This document shows, in pieces, positions 7,952-19,239 of a stretch of 64,000 bases of DNA. The notes beneath the pieces were generated by a model. It was not told the origin of the DNA. It did not search any database and was given only the letters and a program-made list of their open reading frames with translations. The stretch comes from an uncultured Candidatus Rokubacteria bacterium (GTDB lineage Bacteria > Methylomirabilota > Methylomirabilia > Rokubacteriales > CSP1-6): assembly GCA_963762145.1 (NCBI GenBank), contig CAVXJS010000015.1, positions 224,001 to 288,000 on the forward strand. Direction: 5' to 3'. Both the position numbers and the translations under genes were made by a program. Every line of letters starts with the position of its first letter. Position 1 is the first letter of the stretch.

Positions 7952-10900
7952 TCAGCCCATCCATACGCGAATCCTGTGCATGGCGCCGTCGTCGACCAAC
8001 GAAAGACCGTCAATCCCGATCACGGCACGGACATCATCCACTTCCACGCGCTCGACCCCGCGGGTCACGCCCCGCGGGTTCTCCACCGAGATCTCGTATC
8101 GCGACGAGTGATACCGGAAGTGAATGGAGAAGCCGACCCAAGCCCGTGGGATGCAGGGATCGATGAAGAGCGCGGATCCCCGCAGCCGGAAGCCGAGCAG
8201 CCATTCGATGCCGGCCCTATACATCCAGCCCGCCGAGCCCGTATACCACGTCCAGCCCCCGCGACCGATATGAGGGGCTTCGGCGTAGACGTCGGCCGCG
8301 ACGACATACGGTTCGACCCGATATCGATAGAGGCCGGCGCGAGTGCTGGTGTGGTTGACGGGATTGAGGATGGAGAAGAGTTCACCCACTCGGTCGCCGT
8401 CGCCGAGGGCGGCGAACGCCATGATGGCCCAGATGGCGCCATGCGTGTACTGGCCACCGTTCTCGCGGATGCCGGGCGGATAGGCTCGGATATAGCCGGG
8501 ATCGCGACGCGGACGCACGAAGGGCGGACTGAAGAGGAGCACGAGCGCCTGCTCGCGCCGAACGAGGTACTCCTCCACCGCGCCCATGGCCTGAGCGGCG
8601 CGAGCGGGATTGGCCGCGCCCGAGAGGACGGCCCAGGACTGTGCGATGGAGTCGATACGGCACTCCGCGTTTTGCGCCGAGCCGAGCGGGGTGCCGTCGT
8701 CGAAGTAGGCCCGGCGGTACCAGTCGCCGTCCCAACCGTGGGTATCGAGCGCCTTTCGCAGGGCGACGGCGTGGGCGCTCCAGCGCTCGGCCCGTGCGCG
8801 CTCACCGCGCGCCTCCGCGATCGGGGCCCACTGCTCGAGGGTGGCGAAGAGGAACCAGCCGAGCCAGACGCTCTCACCGCGCCCTTTGGGCCCGACGCGA
8901 TTCATGCCGTCGTTCCAATCGCCTGAGCCCATGAGGGGCAGCCCATGCGCGCCCACCGCCAGGCTGCGATCGATGGCCCGGGCCCCGTGCTCGAACACCG
9001 AGGCGCGCTGGGCGGAGACGCTGGGCTCGAAGTAGGCCTCGGCCTGCTCGTCGCCCAGGGGCTGGCCATCGAGGAACGGAGCCTCCTCGTCGAGCACGCT
9101 CCGGTCTCCGGTGACGCTCACGTAGTGCGCCACGGCGTACGGCAGCCAGAGGAGGTCGTCCGAGATGCGGGTGCGGACGCCGCGTCCCGAGGGTGGATGC
9201 CACCAGTGCTGGACATCGCCCTCCGGGAACTGTCGCGAGGCGGCACGGACGAGATGCGCGCGCGTGATGTCACGGGCGGCGACGGTCAGCGCCATCCCGT
9301 CCTGGAGCTGGTCCCGGAAGCCATAGGCTCCCCCCGCCTGGTAGAAGCCAGCTCGCCCCCAGAACCGGCACGCGAGCGCCTGGTAGAGAAGCCAGCGATT
9401 GAGCATGAGATCCAGGGAGCGGTCGGGCGTCTTCACCTGGACCGCTGCGAGGAGATCGTCCCAGCGGGTGGTCACCGTCTCGAACACCGCGTCGAGGTCG
9501 GCATCGCGATAGCGCGCGATGAGGACCTGGGCTTCGGTCTCGGACTCGCCCTGGCCGAGGAGGACGACCACCTCCGCCTCCTCGCCGGCGGCCAGGGTGA
9601 GCGTCTCCTGGAGCGCCCCGCATGGATCGAGCCCGGCGCCCAACCGCCCCGAGAGGGGCTGACCTCGTTCGAGCGCCTCCGGATGGTCGAGGGTGCCGTT
9701 CCGCCCCAGGATCTCGGTGCGGTCGCCCGTCCACCCCATCTGCTTCCCCCGCAGGTCGAGGAAGGCAACCCGCCCGGGGAAGTCGTGGGTCCAGGCGTTC
9801 CGGGCGAGAAGCGCCCCGGTGCGCTCGCAGAGCCCGGTGACGACGAACGGCGCGGTGGTGGAACGCAAGGGGCCGAGCACCCACTCGACGTACGCGGTGA
9901 CGGTGAGGGTCCGTGCGCTGGTCGACCGGTTCGCGACCCGGAGCCGGCTGATCTTCACGGGATCCTCGAGGGCCACGTACTGGAGAAGCTCGAGCTCGAT
10001 GCCATGGGAGCGATGGGTGAAACGGCTGTATCCCTGCCCGTGACGACAATGATAGGGCCAGGCCTCCTCGCGGATGGGCAGGGCGGTCGGCCCCCAGAGG
10101 TCTCCGGTGTCGTCGTCGCGCAGATAGATGGTCTCTCCGGGAGGATCGGTCACCGGGTCGTTCGACCAGGGCGTGAGCTGGTTCTCCCGGCTATTCTCCG
10201 CCCAGGTGTAGCCGGCGCCCGATTCCGAGACCTGGAACCCCAGTCGCTCATTGGCGATCACGTTGATCCACGGGGCGGGCGTCCACTGGCCCTCGCCGAG
10301 CGCGATCATGTATTCGCGGCCGTCCTCCACGAAGCCGCCCAGTCCATTGTCGAACTCCCACACGGGACGCGGCGGGAGCGGCTCGGGCGCGGCCCGCCCT
10401 GCGCGCGAGGGGCGCTGGTCGCGCCGGCGCGCCGGCGTGGGCCGCTCCGCGCGCGCCACCTGCTCGGCGAGGGTGCCCTGGCGGCTCAGCAGGATGACGC
10501 GCGCCGCGGCGGTCAAGCAATCGCGCTCGCCGGGAGACAGGAGATCGCCGCGCAGCACGAAGATCGAGCCCCCCTGAGTCGCGCCGAGGGCGGGTCGGCC
10601 CGCTCGGACCAGGCCCTCGAGCGCCGTCTGGAGATCCTGGAGATACGACGCGGGCTTCTCGTTGAGGATGACCAGATCCACCGCGAGGCCCTTCAGCCGC
10701 CAGTACTCGTGCGCGCGCAGGAGCTGGCGGACGATGCCGCGATCCTCCACCTCGTCGATGCGAACGAGCACGATGGGCAGATCACCGGAGATCCGGTGCG
10801 CCCAGAGCGCGGAGGGGCCGAGCGTGTTACGCATGAGGACGGCGGCGGGCGCGCGCATGCCCGGGTCGGCATGGAGGATACGGTTGGCGAGCTGCTGGAA

Positions 10901-13900
10901 GAGGTGCGCCTCCTCCGCGCCGATACCCAGGTGGTGGAGCTGCCCCTGCGCCTGGGTCCAGGCCAGCGTCGCGATCCGGTCGAAGGTGGCGGAATCGCGG
11001 TACTTGTCGGCCATGAGCAGGGCGGCCGGCCGCGCGGTCGCGATCAGGGTGGTGAACACGATGCGCGCGCTGGCTCCCGGCGCCAGGCGGAGACGTCGCC
11101 GCAGACTGAAGATCGGGTCCAGCACGGCCCCCGAGGTATTGGAGAGCGGCCGGCCCTCGATCATCGACATCGGGGTGCGAATCCCGCGACCTCGCCCCAG
11201 GAAACGAGAGCGGTCCGTCTCGTACTGCGAGCCTCCCACGCTCGTTCCCTCCACCGCCATCACGTGGGCGGCCCAGACGCGCTCCTCCTCGTGGCTACGG
11301 GGCAAGCGCGTGGCGAGGAGGGTGTCGAGCTCCGGCAACGCTTCGGTCTGCACGAAGAGGTTGGAGAAGGCCGGATGCGCGGCATCCGCCCGCGGCGGCG
11401 CCAGCACGAGCTCGGCATAGGAGGTGACGTCGATCTCGCGCGCCTCGCTGCCCAGATTGATGAGCGAGATCCGACGGATCTCGGCGTCGTCCTCGGACGA
11501 GACGAGCACTTCGAGGGTGCTCATGATGCTGCCGTCGCGCCGGCGGATCTCGGCCCGGTCCTCGAGGAAGATCGCCTGGTAGGTCTCCGCCTCCACCCCG
11601 GAAGGCTGATGACCCGCCGACCACACCGCCCCGCTCCGCGCATCGCGCAAGAAGATGAAGGAGCCCCAGGCATCCCGGGTGACGTCCTCCCTCCAGCGGG
11701 TGACCGCGAGCGGTCCGCACAGGCTATAGCCCGCGCCGGCCGCGGTCACCATCACCACGTAGCGCCCGTTGGACAGGAGGTGCGTCCGCGGCAGCGGATC
11801 GGCGGGCGACGTGAACCGGCGGGCGGCCGGAAGCGCCGGCTCGCGGAGATGGCCGGGCGCCCGCACCTCTTCCCCCCGCGGCCGGGTCACCGGCACGTCG
11901 CGCGGCGCGCGCTCGTGCAAGAGGAGCTCGGTGGCCTCGACGACGGGCTCGCCGTGGAAGCGCTCGCGCATGAGCCCATCCAGGAGCACGTTGGCCAAGG
12001 CGGTCACCGTCATGCCCTGGTGATGCGCCATGTAGGCGCGAACCACCGCGACCCGCTCGCCCTCGGGCAGGCGGGAGCGCGTGAAATCCAACGCCTCGTA
12101 GTAGCCATGCATGCCCCGCCCGCCCAGCCGCGCGAGCTCGACGAAGTTCCGCGCCGCCGCGGGAGCGTCCACCAAGGCGGCGAGGGCGGTCGCGTACGGG
12201 GCAATCACGAGGTCCTCCCCCAATCCACGCTCGAGGCCGAGCCCCGGCACCCCGAAGCTGGAATACTGGTAGGTCAGGTCCAGGTCGCGCACGTTGTACG
12301 CGGACTCGGAGATACCCCACGGCACGGCATGGGAGGCGCCATAGGCGATCTGGCGCTTGACGACCAGCCGGCAGGTCTGGTCGAGGAGACTGCCCTCGGG
12401 GGCCCGCATCACGAGCGCGGGCATGAGGTACTCGAACATCGACCCCGACCACGATATCAGCGCGGTGCCCAGGTCCACCGGGGTCATCGGCCGTCCGAGC
12501 CGGAACCAGTGCTCCGGCGGCACCTCGCCGCGCGCCACCGCGAGGAAGCTCGTCAGCCGCGCCTCCGACGCGAGGAGATCGTAGCGCGCGTCGTCGAGGG
12601 CACCGTCGGCGACGCGGTAGCCGATGGCGAAGAGCTGCCGGGTCTCGTCGAAGAGGAAGGTGAAGTCCATCGACGCGGCAAAGGCCAGCGCCGCCCCCGC
12701 CGCCTCCTCCAGACGCCGGGCGGCGGCCGCGCCGTCGAGGGCCGAGCGCTCGAGGGCCTCCAGCGTCTTCACCGCGCGTCCGCGATCAAGGCGCCCACCG
12801 GCAATGGCGTCGGCCGGGCCCTCCACGAGGGTGGCGAGCTCGCGCGCCGCCGCGCCGGCCAGCGCCGGCACCTCTCCGAGAAAAGGCATGGCGCTGAGCA
12901 GCCGCCCCGCCGCCGGCAGGCCCGCCGCCAGCTCGGCGGGCAGCCCAGCCATCACCTCGTCGAGGGTTTCCGCCCAGGGGGCGAGCTCGTCCAGATCGCG
13001 CCGGTGGCTTGCGATCGTCGATTGCAGCGTCTCGACCCAGGCGGCGGCATCGCCGCGCCGCGTCTCGTCGAGGGCGGCGACGAGCTCGGTCAACGGAGCG
13101 GCGGCGGCAGCCAGCTGCCGCAGGCGGCCGGCCCACTCCGGCGCGGTCGTGGGCTCGGCGACGAGCGCAGCGCGGAGCGCGTCCACCGCCGCCTGGAGCT
13201 GCGCGACGACGGGCGCCGCGTCCTTGTCCGCGCGCGGAAGAGACTCGGCTAGGGGGATGAGTGCGTCGTCGATCCCTCGTCCTGCCCGGCGGTCCACGAG
13301 CGGACGTCGCACCCGCTCCCGGACCGCGGTGGCGACCACACCGAGATGGCCAACCAGATTGCCGCTGTCCACGGTGGAGACGTAGCGTGGCTCTAGCGGG
13401 CGTAGGCTCTGCGTGTCGTACCAGTTGTAGAAGTGCCCGCGGAACCGCTCGAGCTGCTCCATGGTGGCCAGGGTGTGGCCGAGCCGGTCGGTCAGATCGA
13501 GCGTGCCGATCCAGCCGAGATCGCGCGCGGACACCGCCGAGAGCAGGTACAGACCCACGTTGGTCGGGGAAGTCCGGTGGGCGACCACCGGACGGGGATC
13601 CTCCTGGAAATTGTCGGGCGGCAGCGCGTGGTCCTCGGAGCCGACGAAGACCTCGAAGAAGCGCCAGCTCCGGCGCGCAACCGACCGCAGCACGTCGAGC
13701 TCCTCGCGCCGCAGCTCCTCGGTGGGACGGGCGGGCGGGGGCAGGCTCAGCCACCGGGTCAGCCCGGGCGACAGGAGCCAGAGGGCCACGAGAGGGAACG
13801 CGATGAACCAAACCTGCCCGGCACCCCATGCCGCCACCACCCCGGCGATCACGGCCAGGGCCACTGCGCCCCACATGCGTCCATAGACCTGGGCGAGGTC

Positions 13901-16639
13901 GAGGCTCGAGCTCGACTTCACCTGCGCGGCCGATACCCATTCGAGCAGCCGGCGGCGCGTGACGAGTCGCCACAGGGTCCGCAGCACGGCGTCGCCCATC
14001 AGCCAGGCCTGATGGGCGAGGAGGGTGAGGGCGAGTCCGATGTGCGCGCCGGCCAGCGCAAAGCTTCCCGTGATGGAGCGGAGGTAGACGCGCTTGGAGA
14101 TGCCCGGGCGCTTCGGCACCACGTCGGTGGTGACGGGCACCAGTGCGGGGAGCATCAGGGAGAGAAGGACGAGCTTGGTCCAGACCCCGGCCGCGCCGCC
14201 CGGCAGCATCCACGCGACGAGCAGGGTCAGGAAGGCGCACGGCGCGGACAGAGTCCGGCGCAGGTTGTCGAGCATCTTCCAGCGCCCGATTGAGGTGATG
14301 CGGGCCCGCGTCGGGCCAGTCCCCGCCGTGCCACGGAGCAGCCAGGGCAGGAGCTGCCAGTCGCCGCGCGCCCAGCGGTGCTGGCGGGAAGCCGCCACCT
14401 CGTAGCGTGCCGGGAACTCCTCGAATAGCTCGATGTCCGTCACCAGGCCCACCCGCGCGAACAGGCCCTCAAAGAGATCGTGGCTCAGCAGCGCGCCCTC
14501 CGGCACGCGCCCGGCCAGCGCCGTCTCGAAGGCGTCCACGTCGTAGATGCCCTTGCCCGTGTACGAGCCCTCTCCGAACAGGTCCTGGTACACGTCCGAG
14601 ACCGCGGACGCGTAGGGGTCGATGCCGGCGGGTCCCGCCGAGATGCGCTGGAAGGCCGAGCTCTCGAGCTCGGCGGGCATGGTCGGCGCAATGCGTGGCT
14701 GGAGGATCCCGTACCCCGCGACGACGCGCCGCTCGTCGGCGAGCCGGGGTCGGTTGAGGGGATGCGCGAGCGTCCCGACGAGGCGAGCCGCAGCCCCCCG
14801 GGGGAGCTGGGTATCGGCATCCAGGGTAATCACGAAATGCACGCCTGTCGGCGGTCGCAGGGGCGCGGGGCCGGTGGCGATGTAGGTCGTGTCCGTCGCG
14901 CCCCGCAGCAGTCGATTCAGCTCATGGAGCTTCCCCCGCTTTCGCTCCCAGCCGATCCACCGGCCCTCGCTCTCGCTCCACGTTCGCCGGCGGTGAAAAA
15001 GGTAAAATCGTGGCTCGCCATCCTCGGCGGAGCCGTGCTGGCGATTGAGCTCATCGATGCCGGCTTGCGCGACGGCGAGCAGACGCTCGTCGCCGACAGC
15101 CGTGGCCGCGTCTGCGTCGGTCCAGTCGGAGAGAATCGCGAAGGCGAGGGATCCCTCCGCGTTCGCCAGGTAGTGGATACCGAGCCGGCGTACTTGCTGG
15201 ACGATCTGCGCCTCGCTGGTGAGGAGCGTCGGCACCGCCACCAGGGTCTTGAAGCGAGGCGGGACGCCTCCGACGAGGGCCAGGCGTGGCAAGGCGCGGG
15301 GGGGAAACACTTCCATCACCGCGCGGTTCACGAGCGCGATGGCCACGTCGGAGGCGGGGAAGAGGGCGAGGGCGGCCAGGGCCACCAGCAGGCCGGTGGC
15401 GATCCCCTGCTCCCCGCTGTAGAGGAGGGGCAGGCAGAGGAAGGAGGCGGTCACGATCGCGATGCTTCCGAGATAGCTCCACGTCGCGGAGGCGACATAC
15501 GCGCGGACGAGATGCTGGCGGAGCCGGATGCGATAGCCGAGGGCCTCCTCGAGCCGCGACCGGCCGCGGGAGATCAAGTAGTAGCCGGGATCTTCCACGT
15601 TCGGCGCATGCGCCCGGGCAAGGCCCAGCGCAGCACGTGCGACCTCCATCTCGGTCCGCCCCGAGCCGCGCGCCAGATCCTCGACAGCCTTGCGGTAGCG
15701 GTCGCGGGTAGCGAAGTCCATGGCGCCGAACTCGCTCTCGGCGCGCAGGATGCGATCCACCAAGCTCACGCTCTCGAAGAAGTCCCGCCAGTCGAAGGTC
15801 GCCATCATGCGGAGGCTGGTCATGACGTTCCGCACCGTCACATTGGCGGCCCCCTGGCGCTGGTACTCGGCGCGCACGAGCTCCTCGGCCGGCGTACCGG
15901 CGGCGACGAGCCGCTTCTCGAGCCAGGCCAGCGCCGGCGTGGTGTTGGGGTCGTGGTCTCGCAGGCGCTGGACGAGCTGTACGGCATAGGCGGACGTGAG
16001 TACCTCGTCGCCCAGGCGCCCGAAGGCCTCGGGGTCCGCCGGCCGGCCGCCCTGGCCGAGCAGGACGTCGGCGAGCCGGTCCGCCTCGAGGCGGGCGGCG
16101 CGCCCCTCGACGATCTCCTCGGCCAGCCGCCGGAGGTTCTCGAGCAGGGTGAGGCGCAGCGCGATGGGCACCGCCCAGACTTCGGAGATGAGGAGCGGCT
16201 CGACCCGCTGGAAGGCCCCAACGAAGCGCCGGAGGGAGGCGGGCTCGAAGCGGCTGTCGGTGTGCTCGATGTAGGTCCAGGCCAGCCCCACGGCCCGTGG
16301 CACCTCCCGCAGCGGGCCCTCGATGAGGGTGGGAAGCTCTCGGTAGAACCCCGGGGGAAGATCGGTACGGACTTCGTTGAGGACGTCCTCGACGATGTAG
16401 AAGTTGTCCACCAGCCATTCCGCGGCGGGCATCGTGGCGCGCTCGTCGTGGATGACGGCCGCGAGGGCCCGGTAGCACCGGAGGAGCACCCGGCCGTTGT
16501 CCCTGACGCGGGCGAGGAGGGCGGCGCTGGCGCTCTCACGGTCGGAGACGCGGTGGCGGGCGAAGGACTCGGCAAGCTGTTCGAGTCGCTCGACGCTGAG
16601 GAGCTCGCCGCGAATTGGCTCGGGGCCGAAGAGGGTCAT
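7952..16639 (-). CDS. ndvB: Cyclic beta-1,2-glucan synthase (Cgs/NdvB/ChvB; GT84 plus C-terminal GH94 phosphorylase)
   Basis: 2895 aa; WERKRGKL, ITLDADT, SHDLFEG, RWARGDWQ, HRTSPTN, SWSGSMFEY, GFRDQLQD, GDWNDG, ENGGQYTH motifs. Confidence 0.96.
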   Translation of the reverse strand: MTLFGPEPIRGELLSVERLEQLAESFARHRVSDRESASAALLARVRDNGRVLLRCYRALAAVIHDERATMPAAEWLVDNFYIVEDVLNEVRTDLPPGFYRELPTLIEGPLREVPRAVGLAWTYIEHTDSRFEPASLRRFVGAFQRVEPLLISEVWAVPIALRLTLLENLRRLAEEIVEGRAARLEADRLADVLLGQGGRPADPEAFGRLGDEVLTSAYAVQLVQRLRDHDPNTTPALAWLEKRLVAAGTPAEELVRAEYQRQGAANVTVRNVMTSLRMMATFDWRDFFESVSLVDRILRAESEFGAMDFATRDRYRKAVEDLARGSGRTEMEVARAALGLARAHAPNVEDPGYYLISRGRSRLEEALGYRIRLRQHLVRAYVASATWSYLGSIAIVTASFLCLPLLYSGEQGIATGLLVALAALALFPASDVAIALVNRAVMEVFPPRALPRLALVGGVPPRFKTLVAVPTLLTSEAQIVQQVRRLGIHYLANAEGSLAFAILSDWTDADAATAVGDERLLAVAQAGIDELNRQHGSAEDGEPRFYLFHRRRTWSESEGRWIGWERKRGKLHELNRLLRGATDTTYIATGPAPLRPPTGVHFVITLDADTQLPRGAAARLVGTLAHPLNRPRLADERRVVAGYGILQPRIAPTMPAELESSAFQRISAGPAGIDPYASAVSDVYQDLFGEGSYTGKGIYDVDAFETALAGRVPEGALLSHDLFEGLFARVGLVTDIELFEEFPARYEVAASRQHRWARGDWQLLPWLLRGTAGTGPTRARITSIGRWKMLDNLRRTLSAPCAFLTLLVAWMLPGGAAGVWTKLVLLSLMLPALVPVTTDVVPKRPGISKRVYLRSITGSFALAGAHIGLALTLLAHQAWLMGDAVLRTLWRLVTRRRLLEWVSAAQVKSSSSLDLAQVYGRMWGAVALAVIAGVVAAWGAGQVWFIAFPLVALWLLSPGLTRWLSLPPPARPTEELRREELDVLRSVARRSWRFFEVFVGSEDHALPPDNFQEDPRPVVAHRTSPTNVGLYLLSAVSARDLGWIGTLDLTDRLGHTLATMEQLERFRGHFYNWYDTQSLRPLEPRYVSTVDSGNLVGHLGVVATAVRERVRRPLVDRRAGRGIDDALIPLAESLPRADKDAAPVVAQLQAAVDALRAALVAEPTTAPEWAGRLRQLAAAAAPLTELVAALDETRRGDAAAWVETLQSTIASHRRDLDELAPWAETLDEVMAGLPAELAAGLPAAGRLLSAMPFLGEVPALAGAAARELATLVEGPADAIAGGRLDRGRAVKTLEALERSALDGAAAARRLEEAAGAALAFAASMDFTFLFDETRQLFAIGYRVADGALDDARYDLLASEARLTSFLAVARGEVPPEHWFRLGRPMTPVDLGTALISWSGSMFEYLMPALVMRAPEGSLLDQTCRLVVKRQIAYGASHAVPWGISESAYNVRDLDLTYQYSSFGVPGLGLERGLGEDLVIAPYATALAALVDAPAAARNFVELARLGGRGMHGYYEALDFTRSRLPEGERVAVVRAYMAHHQGMTVTALANVLLDGLMRERFHGEPVVEATELLLHERAPRDVPVTRPRGEEVRAPGHLREPALPAARRFTSPADPLPRTHLLSNGRYVVMVTAAGAGYSLCGPLAVTRWREDVTRDAWGSFIFLRDARSGAVWSAGHQPSGVEAETYQAIFLEDRAEIRRRDGSIMSTLEVLVSSEDDAEIRRISLINLGSEAREIDVTSYAELVLAPPRADAAHPAFSNLFVQTEALPELDTLLATRLPRSHEEERVWAAHVMAVEGTSVGGSQYETDRSRFLGRGRGIRTPMSMIEGRPLSNTSGAVLDPIFSLRRRLRLAPGASARIVFTTLIATARPAALLMADKYRDSATFDRIATLAWTQAQGQLHHLGIGAEEAHLFQQLANRILHADPGMRAPAAVLMRNTLGPSALWAHRISGDLPIVLVRIDEVEDRGIVRQLLRAHEYWRLKGLAVDLVILNEKPASYLQDLQTALEGLVRAGRPALGATQGGSIFVLRGDLLSPGERDCLTAAARVILLSRQGTLAEQVARAERPTPARRRDQRPSRAGRAAPEPLPPRPVWEFDNGLGGFVEDGREYMIALGEGQWTPAPWINVIANERLGFQVSESGAGYTWAENSRENQLTPWSNDPVTDPPGETIYLRDDDTGDLWGPTALPIREEAWPYHCRHGQGYSRFTHRSHGIELELLQYVALEDPVKISRLRVANRSTSARTLTVTAYVEWVLGPLRSTTAPFVVTGLCERTGALLARNAWTHDFPGRVAFLDLRGKQMGWTGDRTEILGRNGTLDHPEALERGQPLSGRLGAGLDPCGALQETLTLAAGEEAEVVVLLGQGESETEAQVLIARYRDADLDAVFETVTTRWDDLLAAVQVKTPDRSLDLMLNRWLLYQALACRFWGRAGFYQAGGAYGFRDQLQDGMALTVAARDITRAHLVRAASRQFPEGDVQHWWHPPSGRGVRTRISDDLLWLPYAVAHYVSVTGDRSVLDEEAPFLDGQPLGDEQAEAYFEPSVSAQRASVFEHGARAIDRSLAVGAHGLPLMGSGDWNDGMNRVGPKGRGESVWLGWFLFATLEQWAPIAEARGERARAERWSAHAVALRKALDTHGWDGDWYRRAYFDDGTPLGSAQNAECRIDSIAQSWAVLSGAANPARAAQAMGAVEEYLVRREQALVLLFSPPFVRPRRDPGYIRAYPPGIRENGGQYTHGAIWAIMAFAALGDGDRVGELFSILNPVNHTSTRAGLYRYRVEPYVVAADVYAEAPHIGRGGWTWYTGSAGWMYRAGIEWLLGFRLRGSALFIDPCIPRAWVGFSIHFRYHSSRYEISVENPRGVTRGVERVEVDDVRAVIGIDGLSLVDDGAMHRIRVWMG

Positions 16640-16759
16640 TGAGCGAGAGCGTGTCGGGAAGAACTGACCTGGTAGATTTTACCCATCAGTAGAAGTGAAA
16701 TGCCAGCCGGCACCGACACAGGGTTCGACTTCTCCCATAGATGGCGGACGCGGAGGTGG

Positions 16760-16775
16760 TGGCATCTCAATTGCT
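16760..16775 (+). promoter_or_regulatory. Putative sigma-54 promoter (-24/-12)
   Basis: TGGCATCTCAATTGCT (GG-N10-GC), 80 nt upstream of ORF 16855. Confidence 0.6.
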
Positions 16776-16854
16776 CCGGATATTTGCGGCGAGGGCAGCA
16801 GTTATCAGACCTAGGTCCAACTGCTGGCCCGCAACCAAGGAGCCAGCATAACTC

Positions 16855-17103
16855 ATGAGAATCGCGATCGGCTTGATCGGACTGGGTGTGGCGGGTGGAG
16901 TGGTTCCCACTGGCTTGGCCGGAGTAGCTCATGCCGGAGCCGTGGTCGGCGGCACCGCCGCTGCCCTCGTGCTTTTGTTGACGGTGTGCCTCGCCGCGCC
17001 CGCGCTCGGTCGCCGGCGATCCGGTGCGACGCGAGGGGGGGCCAAGGCGACGTCCTTCAATAGCACCGCTCCTCTGAGTCGCTCCCCCGCTCGCAGCATC
17101 TAG
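16855..17103 (+). CDS. Small hydrophobic hypothetical protein
   Basis: RBS AAGGAG; two hydrophobic stretches; sigma-54 site upstream. Confidence 0.5.
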   Translation: MRIAIGLIGLGVAGGVVPTGLAGVAHAGAVVGGTAAALVLLLTVCLAAPALGRRRSGATRGGAKATSFNSTAPLSRSPARSI

Positions 17104-17137
17104 CGTTCCCCGCGCTGACGTACGAAAACGAGTTGGG

Positions 17138-18976
17138 TTAAGCGCCGTCGGCGGCGGCGGGCAGTTCCACGATGGAGGCCGGGCCGTTTGCACTGGGCTT
17201 TACCATGAGCCGGCGCGCATGGAAGGGACCCAGGGTCGCCCGATGGCCGATGCTGAATACCATCGTCTCCGAGAGCCGCTCACGCACCAGCCGATAGAGG
17301 CGCGCCTCCGTCGCCTCGTCCACCGCCGAGGTCGCCTCGTCGAGAAAGAGCCAGTCGGGCTTCTGGACCAGGGCCCGCGCGAAGGCCATGCGCTGCTGCT
17401 CGCCGGGAGAGAGCTGGAGCGCCCAGTGGGCGGACTCGTCGAGGCGCCCGGTGAGGTCCTTGAGGTCCACGGCCTCGAGCGCGTCACGCAGCGTCTTGTC
17501 ATCCACACCGCCCGCGGGCATCGGATAGCTCACCACGTCCCGGAGCACCCCGATCGGCAGATACGGCCGCTGCGGGAGAAAGAGGACGCGGGCACCCTGC
17601 GGCACGTGGATGTCGCCACGCCCGAACGGCCAGATGCCGGCGATGGCACGGACGAGGGTGCTCTTCCCCGAGCCCGACGCGCCACCCAGGAGCACGGTGT
17701 CCCCTTGCCGGAGCGAGAGGTTGATGTTCGCCATGAGCGGCTGGCCACCGGGTAGATCGAGATCGACCCCTTCCACGGTCAGCTGAGTGGGGCGTCCGGC
17801 GGCAACCCGGACACCGCTCTCGGTCGACTGCCGGCGCACCTGCTCGAGCGCCCGATCGAAGCCGGCGAGTCGCTCGACCACGGCACTCCAGGACGCGATC
17901 TCCTTGTATGACTGGATGAAGAAGCTGAGCGCATCCTGCACCTGCTGGAAGGCCTGGGTCGTCTGCATGAGGCCGCCGAGGCCGATCTCACCCCGGAAGT
18001 AGCGGGGCGCCGCGACAATCGACGGGACAATCCACGCCCCCAGTCCGTAGGCGTTCGTGAAGTAGGCCATCCGCTTCTGCCGGCGCATGATGTCCCACCA
18101 GTTGCCCACCACATCCTCGAACCGTTCGCGAAAGCCACGGAACTCGTCCGGCTCGCCGCGGTACAGGGCCACCCCCTCGGTGTTCTCGCGGAAGCGGACG
18201 AGGCTGAACCGGAAGTCGGCTTCGTACCGCTGCTTGTCGAAGTTCAGCCGGACCAGCGGGCGGCCGAGCCAGTCGGTCAGCCAGGTGCCGGCGATCGCGT
18301 ACAGAACGGCCACCCAGACTATGTAGCCGGGAATCGTGAGAGAGAACCCGCCCATCGGAATGGTGAACGTTCCGGACAACCCCCAGAGGATCGCCACGAA
18401 GGTCACCAGCGTGACGATCGCGCGCAAGCCCCCGGTGAAGAGGCCGAGAGTCTGGGCGGCGAGAAGGTGCACGTCTTCCGCGATGCGCTGGTCCGGGTTA
18501 TCGGTCTCCCGCGCCACGAGCTGCATCCGGTAGTAGGCGCCATCGGCCAGCCAGGCGCGGAGGTAACGGTCGGTCAGCCAGCGTCGCCAGCGGATCTCGA
18601 GCATCTGGTTGAGATACACCTGGTAGACGGCGAGGACGATGAAGATGCCGATCAGCCACGTGACGCGCAACAGCTGCCCGCGAAAGGCCACCAGGTCCTT
18701 GTCCTGGAGCGCGCTGTAGAAGGCGTTGTTCCACTGATTCAAGAGAACCGTGAGGTAGACCATGCCGAGCGTGAGCAGCACGACGGCGAGCAGGAGCCCC
18801 CGGGCGGCCCACCGGTCCTCCGAGAACCAGTACGGGCCGATCAGGGCCCATCCGTTGGAGAGGGTTCGGCGCAGATTGATCCTGGCCGGACCGTCGGAGG
18901 GCTTGGGGGGAGCGGTCCCCGGGCCAGAGCTCCGGGGCTCCTCGTCGCGACCCCGATTCCTACGCCCGAGCCGCAA
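17138..18976 (-). CDS. ABC transporter fused permease/ATPase, YddA/BacA-like (ABCD) family
   Basis: DNPDQRIAED, EADFRFSLVRFREN, Walker A GASGSGKST, LSPGEQQR, FLDEATS. Confidence 0.93.
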   Translation of the reverse strand: MRLGRRNRGRDEEPRSSGPGTAPPKPSDGPARINLRRTLSNGWALIGPYWFSEDRWAARGLLLAVVLLTLGMVYLTVLLNQWNNAFYSALQDKDLVAFRGQLLRVTWLIGIFIVLAVYQVYLNQMLEIRWRRWLTDRYLRAWLADGAYYRMQLVARETDNPDQRIAEDVHLLAAQTLGLFTGGLRAIVTLVTFVAILWGLSGTFTIPMGGFSLTIPGYIVWVAVLYAIAGTWLTDWLGRPLVRLNFDKQRYEADFRFSLVRFRENTEGVALYRGEPDEFRGFRERFEDVVGNWWDIMRRQKRMAYFTNAYGLGAWIVPSIVAAPRYFRGEIGLGGLMQTTQAFQQVQDALSFFIQSYKEIASWSAVVERLAGFDRALEQVRRQSTESGVRVAAGRPTQLTVEGVDLDLPGGQPLMANINLSLRQGDTVLLGGASGSGKSTLVRAIAGIWPFGRGDIHVPQGARVLFLPQRPYLPIGVLRDVVSYPMPAGGVDDKTLRDALEAVDLKDLTGRLDESAHWALQLSPGEQQRMAFARALVQKPDWLFLDEATSAVDEATEARLYRLVRERLSETMVFSIGHRATLGPFHARRLMVKPSANGPASIVELPAAADGA

Positions 18977-19239
18977 CCTGAGACTCCGTTTGTTGCGTCT
19001 CCGACCCGCGGCTCTCGCGCTTGAAGCGAGAGCGCTGCGTCAGAGCGATCCTACCGCGGCTTCGCCGTGGCGGGGAGCCGTCGAAGGGCATTCGCTTGAA
19101 AGACCGGGTGGCAATGATCCATAGTGTGATCTCACGTGGTGATTTTACAGGACTCGTCGGGGAATACCCGAGAAGGAAGCGCCGGCCAGGGCGGCGGGGG
19201 CTACCAGCACGGCCAAGCCCAGACGACGGAGAGACAGTG

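Noticed and set aside
8945-16642. Very long plus-strand ORFs (1435 aa, 720 aa) and similar antisense ORFs across the window
   Set aside because: Shadow frames of high-GC genes on the opposite strand; Arg/Gly/Ala-rich with no motifs.
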